From IMG/VR virus record IMGVR_UViG_3300022848_000006: a stretch of DNA of 64,000 nt. One strand, given 5' to 3'. Below the pieces are notes generated by a model. It was not told where the DNA came from. It did no database searches and saw only the letters and a program-made list of their open reading frames with translations. The translations under genes were made by a program, and so were the position numbers. Source of the DNA: a virus. Shown piece after piece: positions 38,847 to 46,456 of this stretch; within the stretch, counting starts at the first letter, position 1; each line of letters begins with the position of its first letter.

Positions 38847-39762
38847 ATTGAAAGCTAGTAGTAAGGAACATACTTGGGTGGACTCCGTTTATACCCACCG
38901 AATGGCAATCGGTGATAACCTTGTGGTCATCGTCTACAAAGGTAACGTCCTTGTAGTTTAACTTTAAGTTCGCACAGACGTTTCTTAGCATAATAAACTT
39001 GTAACGCTTATTGCCGATAAAGTGTCTGTCTTCTGCCTCCACGAATGGGGCGTTCTTGTTCAACCAAGACTCTTTGTCTTTCGTACACAGGCTGTCTGGA
39101 GACGCCGATAGAACATAAACCCTTGCCCCTTGACTTTCAAGAGATTGAATCTTCTCTAGCACAGGGACTACAGGTTTTGCATTTCGGAAGTAACGACCTT
39201 CAATGAAGTTGATACATCCGTATTCATCAAATGGAATGTGCTGATAAGCAGCCATCGTTCCATCCATGTCCATGAAAATGTGCTTATTCGTATAGTGGGG
39301 CACACGAATCATTTCGTCAACCAAGTCTTCGTATCTAATCAGACACTCATTGATCTTGACCGACTTTCTAATGATCTCAATTTCTGGAACAGGAATGTAG
39401 CGGTTACGCTCAGCATTTCTCTCTAAGCAAACGCTAACAGGAGTGTCAATAAAGACAATCTTGACGTAGTAGCCTAAAGCCTTTAGTTGGCGGATAATAC
39501 TTTCAGTGTAAGAGCTATTAACTCCACCACCATCCACACAAATCTTTGGAGTATTATTCCTAGCTAGATCGAGAACATAACGCTCTGCTTCTCTAACACT
39601 GTACTCATGGGCTTCGTCCATAGGCACAGTTCCGCAGGGCATCTTGTCCTTGGTTACGTCAGCACTAACAACAACACAGTTTTGCAAACTGTTTTTGATA
39701 AAGTGAGACTTCCCACAACCAGGGATGCCAACCATGATATAGGCTTCTTTAGGCTGATTCAT
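38809..39762 (-). CDS. AAA_33 kinase fused to HAD nucleotidase (second PseT-like protein)
   Basis: GIPGCGKS, VDGGG, CLERNAER; DMDGT, LSA, VDDD. Confidence 0.85.
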   Translation of the reverse strand: MNQPKEAYIMVGIPGCGKSHFIKNSLQNCVVVSADVTKDKMPCGTVPMDEAHEYSVREAERYVLDLARNNTPKICVDGGGVNSSYTESIIRQLKALGYYVKIVFIDTPVSVCLERNAERNRYIPVPEIEIIRKSVKINECLIRYEDLVDEMIRVPHYTNKHIFMDMDGTMAAYQHIPFDEYGCINFIEGRYFRNAKPVVPVLEKIQSLESQGARVYVLSASPDSLCTKDKESWLNKNAPFVEAEDRHFIGNKRYKFIMLRNVCANLKLNYKDVTFVDDDHKVITDCHSVGINGVHPSMFLTTSFQFEGWRVDVELHR

Positions 39763-39920
39763 TTACAATCTTTGCACTTGAAGGGTTTTTAATCAACAAA
39801 AGACCGTTGTGGTCTTCAACGATACAGCGAACAGATGTGCCGTTCAACTTCGTAAAGAGACAGACAACAACTCCTTTATAGTAGGAGTCTTTACCCTTAA
39901 ACTCTACGGTGTCTCCGACA

Positions 39921-40250
39921 CTACACATTGGCAGGGTCTCGATCCAACCAAGCCTTAGCTTCGTCGATAGCGTTTTGTACTGTGTCGTTAGGAACCTTGG
40001 CAGTTGTGCCGTAGTTCATTCGACCAATCGCGATAGAACGTCCAATGGTTCGATCAAATCGGTCTGCACGTCGGACTTGCTCGCCCTTCGAGTTAGTACC
40101 ACGAGAGGCGAAAGACCAACCAAGACCCTTAGTTTCGGTGTTGACGCACACGACGCCAATTGGGTGACCGCCATCATCGCGGATATAACGGAACTTCACG
40201 TTTTTGTCGTTCATCTGTTTTCTCCAATAGAATGGGATTGTTTCCCCCAT
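39921..40250 (-). CDS. Hypothetical early protein
   Basis: DRFDRTIGRSIAIGR; behind promoter 40249-40276; likely start MNDK about 40214. Confidence 0.65.
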   Translation of the reverse strand: MGETIPFYWRKQMNDKNVKFRYIRDDGGHPIGVVCVNTETKGLGWSFASRGTNSKGEQVRRADRFDRTIGRSIAIGRMNYGTTAKVPNDTVQNAIDEAKAWLDRDPANV

Positions 40251-40276
40251 TATACTGAGGGATTGGGATTTGTCAA
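40249..40276 (-). promoter_or_regulatory. sigma70-type promoter TTGACA-N16-TATAAT
   Basis: Perfect hexamers. Confidence 0.8.
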
Positions 40277-40395
40277 GAGGTAATCTAGGAAATTACCAAA
40301 ACTCTTTGCTTCGGAATAACATTTCGGTTCACAGAAAGGCTTTGGACATAGATGTTCCAAGTCTTGCTATAAACTGGCGTAACCTTCACTTCACG

Positions 40396-40707
40396 TTACA
40401 CCTTTTTCTCGACTGTTATGACAACTTTTGTTACCTTATAGGAACTGTAACCACCATAGTCACCAGTGCTCCCACTAACTTTGTACTCAATCTTTGGGTT
40501 TTCGCCCTCAAGATATCTATTGATCCGAGACGCATCAGTAAGAATGATCTTATTGAAGTCATCTATGGACATTTCGGTTCTTTTGGTTACGGTGGTTTTC
40601 ACTTTATTTTCCTGGTATGGGCAGTTTTGACAACCATAATTACAACACCAACCTCGTTTTAATAGAAATTCTCTACTTAGCGGCCTTGGTGTGTTCTCTA
40701 ACGTCAC
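40396..40707 (-). CDS. Hypothetical protein with DUF5522-like N-terminus
   Basis: REFLLKRGWCCNYGCQNCPY followed by unrelated-looking C-terminus (possible fusion). Confidence 0.55.
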   Translation of the reverse strand: MTLENTPRPLSREFLLKRGWCCNYGCQNCPYQENKVKTTVTKRTEMSIDDFNKIILTDASRINRYLEGENPKIEYKVSGSTGDYGGYSSYKVTKVVITVEKKV

Positions 40708-41482
40708 TGACTAAGCCCTCTTCGGTGTAAACTTGGTTGATTCCGTCTTCGTGTAAGATCATAACACCAAGGTAATGAGAGAAGATCCCGTGAGAGACAT
40801 AGAGGTTAACCTCTTCTGCGTCTTGGTAATAGAGAATCTTAGAAGCTTCTCTGAAAGTACGACCACCGTCGCACAAATCGTCAACGATCAAGACACACTT
40901 GTCTGTAACGTCAGCCTCTCCGTGCATTTTCATGCCGGTAATCTCACCAGTAGACTGATTTCGCACCTTCTCCATGTAGACAAAGGGCTTGCCAGCAAGT
41001 GAAGGGTATCGAGTAGACGCACTAACGTCTGGGAAGCAAATGACTTCTGCATTGCAACCATCGATAGCCACTTGAATCTCAGCACAAGGCTCGACACAGG
41101 TCAGACCATCGCCGAAGTATTGCTCCAACAACTCTTCGCTGTGAGGGTCGAAAACGACTAGCGAATCGAATACTGGGGCAATTAAGCCTAAGAAAGTATG
41201 TAGGGCGAATGTGGCGTCATTGCTGACTTCTTTGTCCTGGCGAGCATAGGGCAAGTAGGGCAGAGTCAAGCATACGTCGACTTCAACGTTCAGGCTGCGA
41301 ATGAGAGTCATCAGTTGCAGCAAGTGAATCAATTCACCTTCATGGTCAAAGTGCCATACAATGTCCAACCCACTAGTGGAGCTTTCGATCTGCTTGATGA
41401 GCGTTAGGGGCAGCTTCCACACTTGACTGGTGTCGTCAGGGAAGATCGTAGGTGTAATTTCTTGGTCGTTCAGTTTAATCAT
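40673..41482 (-). CDS. prs: Ribose-phosphate pyrophosphokinase-like (possible ADPR-PP synthase)
   Basis: FPDDTSQV, LPYLPYARQDK, FDPHS, FPDVSA..RY, KVR, LIVDDLCDGGRTF, VSHGIFS. Confidence 0.9.
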   Translation of the reverse strand: MIKLNDQEITPTIFPDDTSQVWKLPLTLIKQIESSTSGLDIVWHFDHEGELIHLLQLMTLIRSLNVEVDVCLTLPYLPYARQDKEVSNDATFALHTFLGLIAPVFDSLVVFDPHSEELLEQYFGDGLTCVEPCAEIQVAIDGCNAEVICFPDVSASTRYPSLAGKPFVYMEKVRNQSTGEITGMKMHGEADVTDKCVLIVDDLCDGGRTFREASKILYYQDAEEVNLYVSHGIFSHYLGVMILHEDGINQVYTEEGLVSDVREHTKAAK

Positions 41483-41604
41483 TGCATTTTCCAGTACAGC
41501 AGGGGCATTTACGTGTTGGTAGTGTGAAAAAACTAGAAATCCTAGTCCAAATCCGCGACAAGACTTCTTCTAGCAAATCCTACGGGTCGGCTTTGTCTAC
41601 TGGC

Positions 41605-41632
41605 ATTATACTCTTTTCTTCTGACTTGTCAA
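41605..41632 (-). promoter_or_regulatory. sigma70-type promoter TTGACA-N16-TATAAT
   Basis: Perfect hexamers upstream of prs-like gene region. Confidence 0.8.
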
Positions 41633-41649
41633 CCCATATTTTGCAAACA

Positions 41650-42225
41650 CTAACCAACTCCAATACAGTCTGGGTTATACCAACTAACAAATTCGTCATC
41701 AGGAAAGCCTTGGCATTGTAAAAGAAAAGGAAGGGGGTCAAGCAGATTGGGGTCACGAGGGATAGCTTCGCCTTCGTGGTGCCAGTGACTCCAGTTTAAG
41801 GTTTCTTGGGCACCTTTTTTATACCTCTCAAAGTGAAGCATGAAGATAGAGTGACCAGGAATGTCTGGGCGAGCCCTCTCTGGAAAGATCACATTAGTAA
41901 TTAGACCTATGTGGTCACGCTCATTTACGTGCTGTCCAACTTTTAAGTGTAAGGGCTCTTCAATCCCTCCATAGTTGCAGATAGCACGCTCACCCTTAAC
42001 GCTTACCGCCCAAGTGTCTTTCCACCAGGGCGACTCTTTACCTCCAGTAAACTGGCCAATCTTGATAACCTCACCAGACTCACAAGCTGTCACAGAGCAG
42101 GGACCATCAACATAGATATCAATTCCAACGTGAAAGTTCTTTCTACGCTTGAAACCAAAGGCTCCAGGGTGGTGGTTAATAGGAATACCAGTCACCATTC
42201 TGGGACTTACTGGAAAATATTGCAT
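41650..42225 (-). CDS. M23-like peptidase domain protein
   Basis: FHVGIDI, V.ACESGEV, YGG, VGQ.V, MLHFE, DPLPFL. Confidence 0.75.
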   Translation of the reverse strand: MQYFPVSPRMVTGIPINHHPGAFGFKRRKNFHVGIDIYVDGPCSVTACESGEVIKIGQFTGGKESPWWKDTWAVSVKGERAICNYGGIEEPLHLKVGQHVNERDHIGLITNVIFPERARPDIPGHSIFMLHFERYKKGAQETLNWSHWHHEGEAIPRDPNLLDPLPFLLQCQGFPDDEFVSWYNPDCIGVG

Positions 42226-42609
42226 CTTTCTACCTCTCTTATGATTTCTGAAATTGGGGCAAGGGCACCTACCCCAGTATCTCCGCAGGCTAGGGTTTTG
42301 TGTGCTGGGTTAACTATCATGGCTCCCATTTCGTATTTCATAATGGGCAGTAATGGGATTCTCCCACATGAGCGTGTTCACAGCTGGGGCCAGGATCATT
42401 GGCTTCCTGTAGTCCCAGCATCTTGCTACATTGGTTAAGACATTGTCGCACAGCCCGTTACTGATTTTTCCAAGAGTATTAGCAGACAGTGGGGCGATGA
42501 CAAACACATCAAACTCTTTTCGTAGCTCAATGTGTAATACTTTGCCTTCTTCTTTGTAGTACTGAAACTCATCTAAATCTTTTCCTACTAAGCCGTCAGC
42601 ATACAACAT
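42207..42609 (-). pseudogene. HFCD flavoprotein (CoaC/PPC decarboxylase-like), 5'-truncated and frameshifted
   Basis: LHIELR..DVFVIAPLSANTLGKISNGLCDN..PAVNTLMWENP in one frame; KTLACGDTGVGALA in another frame ending TAA at 42207; N-terminal GxTGS strand absent. Confidence 0.8.
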
Positions 42610-42681
42610 CGAAGCGTGGGAGTTGCACCCACATTTCTCCCCCCAATGGAGAGCGTTCTATCTATTAAAACTACCAAGCCG
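42609..42681 (-). pseudogene. tRNA-Pro(TGG)-like remnant lacking a matching 3' acceptor strand
   Basis: CGGCTTGG, D arm GTTT/GAAC, TCTCC-ATTGGGG-GGAGA, T arm GTGGG-TGCAACT-CCCAC, then runs into the flavoprotein frame. Confidence 0.6.
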
Positions 42682-42693
42682 AAACGAGTGGAA

Positions 42694-42817
42694 GCTGGTC
42701 TGAGAAACCTCGGCTTAGAGTGTACTCACGCACAGTTCTAGCAAAAGTCATTGACAGAATGAAGATCTAATGCTAACTTAGATTGGTCATAGACCCTAAG
42801 CAGATTACTCAGACCAG
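42694..42817 (-). ncRNA. Candidate structured ncRNA of unknown class
   Basis: 11-bp closing stem GCTGGTCTGAG/CTCAGACCAGC, inner GCTTAGGGT/ACTCTAAGC, two further hairpins; TATAAT at 42876-42881 upstream. Confidence 0.5.
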
Positions 42818-42901
42818 CCTCTTATGCTCTATTCAAAGCATTTTAAGGTTGGGTTTGCAGATTTCATTCTCGTGTATTATAGGCTACGCACCTACAACAA
42901 T

Positions 42902-42990
42902 TAGTGAGGTAGAGATTTGCACTCTACAATACGTGATAGTTTAACGACTTCGCAAGCGGTCACATCCGTCTACCTATTCCGGCACTCACC
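42902..42990 (-). ncRNA. tRNA-like RNA with enlarged, branched anticodon arm
   Basis: GGTGAG/CTCACT acceptor, D arm CCG-GAATAGGTAGA-CGG, T arm GTAGAG-TGCAAAT-CTCTAC, 23-nt structured loop in place of anticodon loop. Confidence 0.55.
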
Positions 42991-43047
42991 AACGCTACCA
43001 ATCACAGGCTGGTAGCCCACCCGCCCCTTAGAGGGCGATCCGATTAT

Positions 43048-44736
43048 CTAAACCGACACTAGGTTTAGTAGCTCTTGGTCCATCGTTTCGTTGAACAGGT
43101 CCATCGCGGTCTCAATCTTGTTGTTCAGAATGAACTGAACGTTGGAAGCTGAGTAACCAGACAAGTAGAACACGTTCTTCACGTCTCCAAAGGTCTCAAA
43201 CTTTTGCTTGCTACCAGAACCATAGTATCTGTTGTACAGGTTCCACAAACAAATCTTGAAGTTGTCACAGTACTCTGGTGAGAATCCTGCTTGACGCAAC
43301 TTGTTACGAGCCATTTCAACGTTGGTCTTACCCAGTTGAGCAGGATCAAACTCGCCGTCACTGATACAAACAATTCCACCAGGGAAGTCTGACTCAGGAA
43401 CACCTTGCCCCTTTAGGTTAACGAACAGGTCGATAACCGATTGGAAGTTGGTATTCCCAACACAACCAGAGCGATCATTATGCCACTTCTCGGAAGCGGT
43501 TTGCCCTTTCCATTCGTGCATCTGTGCTGAGCGGTTAAACTCAATCCAGTTGTCTGCGAATTGTCCAGACAAAAACTCTGAGAAATACAATGCCATTGCC
43601 TTCGCAACGTTAAAGCATGTGAACTTAGATCCGTCAGCCGTATCTCCCATAGATCCCGAAGTATCACGAACAACAATCATTCCAGTGGAATTCTCATTCT
43701 CGCCCTTCGCCTTGTTAACAGCCTCAACGAACTGCTTGTCAACGGTACTAACGAAGTTAGCATCCCTGTTGGTGTCTAGCTCACAGAGCAGTTCGTAAAT
43801 GAACCCTGTGTACTTGACCGAAACAGTTTCCTTGTCATTGATCCACTCGTAGTAAGCGTCAGACAGGTTTTGGTTCTTCAAGAACTTACTACGAACCAGT
43901 AGGTTCAGGGCACGTCCATGAATTGTCTTGAAGTCCAACTCTGCAAACTTTTGTTGAGAGATCAGCTTTTGCCACTCGTGAGAGGTTCCGCTGTTCTTCA
44001 ACTTGCGATACTCTCTGTAGGTCTTAGAGCCGCTCTTTGATCCGAAGACCAAGTTACAGATCCACTTAGCGATGATGTTGCCAGCTTGCTTCTCGACAGT
44101 CGTACAAGACGAGTTAGACCTGATTTGGGGCAGGTACTTCTTCATCAAGTTGACAGTGGTCTCATTCCCTAGCAACTCCACGATCAGAGCACCGAACTTA
44201 TCCCAGTCCAGCTTACGTCCCTCCCAACCGTGGTACACAAGGTCTTGACGGAGCATCGTGATGATGTCCTTACAAGAACCAGCAGAAATGAATAGGCCAA
44301 TGTTTGACCAAAATGCCTCTGGGTCTTTTTGAGACAGCCAGACCATACGCATGATTCCTTCATGACGTAGCTCTGCTCCAGATTGTGCCTCTTGAGTTTT
44401 GATACCCAAGCCGAACAAATCAGTCTTACGACTAATCATTCTCATGTAGATAGTGAACTTAACGAACAGTTCTTTGTCCTTCGCATACAGCTTAGAGCAG
44501 TCGCTAGAGATATCATCGAATGAACGTGGAGCCTTATAGGTTCCGAGGTTGCCGAATTGGTCTACGAAATCAGATCCAGTCGTTTGGAACTTCAAAGCTG
44601 CGTTGCCACTGAGAGTCTTTGCAGACTCTTTTTCCAGGCCAAACAAGAACTGATTTTTCTTATTAGAGCCTTTTTTGACCTTTTTAACACGAACTTCAAT
44701 TAGTTGGTTTTTCTTTTCCTTAAACATTTCAGTCAT
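43048..44736 (-). CDS. DUF2828-type, Ro60/TROVE-like protein (helical N-domain + vWA)
   Basis: Long helical N-terminus (RMISRK, GSCKD, KYLPQIR, EWQKLISQQKFAELDFKTIHGRAL); vWA with VRDTSGSM MIDAS, NTNFQSVIDL, ISDGEFD, LWNL. Confidence 0.78.
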   Translation of the reverse strand: MTEMFKEKKNQLIEVRVKKVKKGSNKKNQFLFGLEKESAKTLSGNAALKFQTTGSDFVDQFGNLGTYKAPRSFDDISSDCSKLYAKDKELFVKFTIYMRMISRKTDLFGLGIKTQEAQSGAELRHEGIMRMVWLSQKDPEAFWSNIGLFISAGSCKDIITMLRQDLVYHGWEGRKLDWDKFGALIVELLGNETTVNLMKKYLPQIRSNSSCTTVEKQAGNIIAKWICNLVFGSKSGSKTYREYRKLKNSGTSHEWQKLISQQKFAELDFKTIHGRALNLLVRSKFLKNQNLSDAYYEWINDKETVSVKYTGFIYELLCELDTNRDANFVSTVDKQFVEAVNKAKGENENSTGMIVVRDTSGSMGDTADGSKFTCFNVAKAMALYFSEFLSGQFADNWIEFNRSAQMHEWKGQTASEKWHNDRSGCVGNTNFQSVIDLFVNLKGQGVPESDFPGGIVCISDGEFDPAQLGKTNVEMARNKLRQAGFSPEYCDNFKICLWNLYNRYYGSGSKQKFETFGDVKNVFYLSGYSASNVQFILNNKIETAMDLFNETMDQELLNLVSV

Positions 44737-44866
44737 TATGAATTTCCCTGTGACAATTTGAACAAAGTGGAACGCACTTTTTTAATTCTTCTTTAAGCTT
44801 ATTAGTACAACTAACTAGCCTAGACGTTAATTTATACTTATTGTCGTGATCCAGACTACATTTCAA
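44729..44866 (-). pseudogene. HNH endonuclease C-terminal remnant
   Basis: ...SRLVSCTNKLKEELKKCVPLCSNCHREIHND*, stop overlaps start of DUF2828 gene. Confidence 0.65.
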
Positions 44867-44916
44867 CGTTTCAAATTATTAGTTTGATGTTTGAAGTGAT
44901 TTGCGGTTTATAGTCT
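44853..44916 (-). ncRNA. Y RNA-like unit 3
   Basis: Stem AGACTAT/GTAGTCT enclosing AAACCGCAAAT...TGAAAT. Confidence 0.6.
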
Positions 44917-44921
44917 TGTTC

Positions 44922-45029
44922 GAGTTTCGTTTTCGTGCTCTACCATTAAGCTACAAGTGCAAGCACTTGATCAGATTCGAACTGATACCACGTCATTAAC
45001 AATTGAAAATAGATTGCTGAATGAAACTC
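44922..45029 (-). ncRNA. Y RNA-like unit 2 containing a circularly permuted tRNA module (YrlA-like)
   Basis: Stem GAGTTTC/GAAACTC; ATTCAGCAAT motif; T arm ATCAG-TTCGAAT-CTGAT, acceptor hairpin CAAGTGC-TT-GCACTTG, TA, D arm GCTT-AATGGTA-GAGC. Confidence 0.78.
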
Positions 45030-45034
45030 TATAC

Positions 45035-45088
45035 AGGCCACGTTTAATTCAACCAAAATGAAATTGTTTGATTTGCAGTATGCGGCCT
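45035..45088 (-). ncRNA. Y RNA-like unit 1
   Basis: Stem AGGCCGC/GTGGCCT enclosing ATACTGCAAAT...TTAAAC. Confidence 0.6.
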
Positions 45089-45108
45089 TGTCTCGTTCTC
45101 ATACTAGT

Positions 45109-45136
45109 ATTATAGCAGAGAACGAGTTTTTGTCAA
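45109..45136 (-). promoter_or_regulatory. sigma70-type promoter TTGACA-N16-TATAAT with TGn extension
   Basis: Directly upstream of the RNA array and DUF2828 gene. Confidence 0.85.
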
Positions 45137-45152
45137 CCCGTTTCTTGGAATT

Positions 45153-45554
45153 TTATTTGATTTTTTCCCACTCGTAGAAACCGACGCTGATTAAAACTAT
45201 TTCTAGCATAACCAACCAAATCTCTGCTTGTCGAATAGTCAACTCAATCCCAGCATTTGCCATAACAAGTCTAAATCGTTTGATTTTTATCTCGTCATAG
45301 TGAACCATTTCTTCTAACCCCCAAGCCGCAGCAAGGTCAAGCTTGAGAGTCTTTGACACCGTTTTGAAATGCTTCCAGAAGTATCGCCTTTCATAGTTTG
45401 AAAGTTCATACCCTAGAATTTCAGTTACAAAGTCTTCCAAAAGGTGTGTAAATTCTTTCTTTTTCATGTTATCTACCGAAGTGTGCAGCCTCATCAAAAG
45501 CTTCGTTGATAGCGTCCTCTTCATCTTGCTGTTCAAGCAAAGACAATTCGACAT
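45153..45554 (-). CDS. Hypothetical protein
   Basis: Likely start MKKK about 45467. Confidence 0.5.
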   Translation of the reverse strand: MSNCLCLNSKMKRTLSTKLLMRLHTSVDNMKKKEFTHLLEDFVTEILGYELSNYERRYFWKHFKTVSKTLKLDLAAAWGLEEMVHYDEIKIKRFRLVMANAGIELTIRQAEIWLVMLEIVLISVGFYEWEKIK

Positions 45555-45672
45555 TCAAACGCTTGACATACTTAGCGGCGTCAATCACAACGACTCCACC
45601 AATTGTTGTCTGGCTTTTTTTAGCAGTTTTAATCATCAAACGAACTACGTCAATTGTATCAGAAACTCTCAT
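45469..45672 (-). CDS. Hypothetical protein
   Basis: GGAG RBS, 67 aa. Confidence 0.55.
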   Translation of the reverse strand: MRVSDTIDVVRLMIKTAKKSQTTIGGVVVIDAAKYVKRLNVELSLLEQQDEEDAINEAFDEAAHFGR

Positions 45673-45675
45673 GTC

Positions 45676-46062
45676 TCACTCCGAAGGTACTTGTTGAGGC
45701 TTAAAGGGCACATTTGCATCAGACAAAGAAGCAGGTTCTTCTTCAAGAATTTCTGTACGCTGTGGATGGAAAGGGCAATCAATGGTGACGTTACCGACAA
45801 TCACTTTACCAATTCCTTCACAACTACAGTCCTGTACGTTTCTATCTAGGTCGACAATGACCATAGCAGGATAGTGCAAGTGGTCTCTGCCTTCTAGGCT
45901 AAAAGGCTTTGCTGTACTTGGTTCGGATGAAGAGCACCCAAGAGCCAAGGATAATACCAGCAGCAAAGCAGCAGGTCGCCGAAGAATCGAACTCCGATTT
46001 TCGGTTTTGGAAACCGACGTAATGCCATTATACCAGCGACCTGTATTCATTCCTTTTCCCAT
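45676..46062 (-). CDS. Putative lipoprotein / hypothetical
   Basis: LLLVLSLALGC lipobox-like segment. Confidence 0.45.
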   Translation of the reverse strand: MGKGMNTGRWYNGITSVSKTENRSSILRRPAALLLVLSLALGCSSSEPSTAKPFSLEGRDHLHYPAMVIVDLDRNVQDCSCEGIGKVIVGNVTIDCPFHPQRTEILEEEPASLSDANVPFKPQQVPSE

Positions 46063-46107
46063 TTTATATTCCTTTGCTATTACTTTTAAAAACCAGACAA
46101 CAAAAAG

Positions 46108-46193
46108 TGGACAGAGAGGGAATCGAACCCCCAGGGACCGTTAGGCCGACAGATTTACAGTCTGCAACGCTACCAATTACGTGCTACCTATCC
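46108..46193 (-). tRNA. tRNA-Tyr(GTA)
   Basis: GGATAGG/TCTGTCC, GCAGA-CTGTAAA-TCTGT, long variable arm, GGTTCGATTCC. Confidence 0.9.
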
Positions 46194-46204
46194 TTTGTTC
46201 CCCC

Positions 46205-46232
46205 ATTATACCACGGGGCGTGGTTTTGTCAA
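46205..46232 (-). promoter_or_regulatory. sigma70-type promoter TTGACA-N16-TATAAT
   Basis: Immediately upstream of tRNA-Tyr. Confidence 0.85.
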
Positions 46233-46456
46233 GACTTTTCGGGCAAATTTTCTTAGATTTTCTCAGAAGCGGAAGGATTCTTATTAGAAGGTGCGGTGCA
46301 GATTCTAACATCGAAACAAATAGACAACAACTTCATAGAACTAATAGCTCTGTGCATTGGCTTGAGGTCTCTGTTTACGACCCCCGTAGAACGCACCTTC
46401 CCAGTCACACAGAACCCCGTCCATGTCCACTTGTACTACTTTCTTTTTGAATTGCG

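Noticed and set aside
40319-40581. 12-bp direct repeat ACATTTCGGTTC at about 40319 and 40570
   Set aside because: Only two copies, one inside a CDS; cannot be distinguished from chance or an old duplication.
43179-43676. Short alternative-frame ORFs inside the DUF2828 gene
   Set aside because: Out-of-frame overlaps with no RBS or motifs.
44922-45029. Two-piece (permuted) tmRNA interpretation of the permuted tRNA module
   Set aside because: It has a full D arm, only a 2-nt linker, no tag ORF ending in ALAA-like residues, and a normal tmRNA already exists at 31401-31738.
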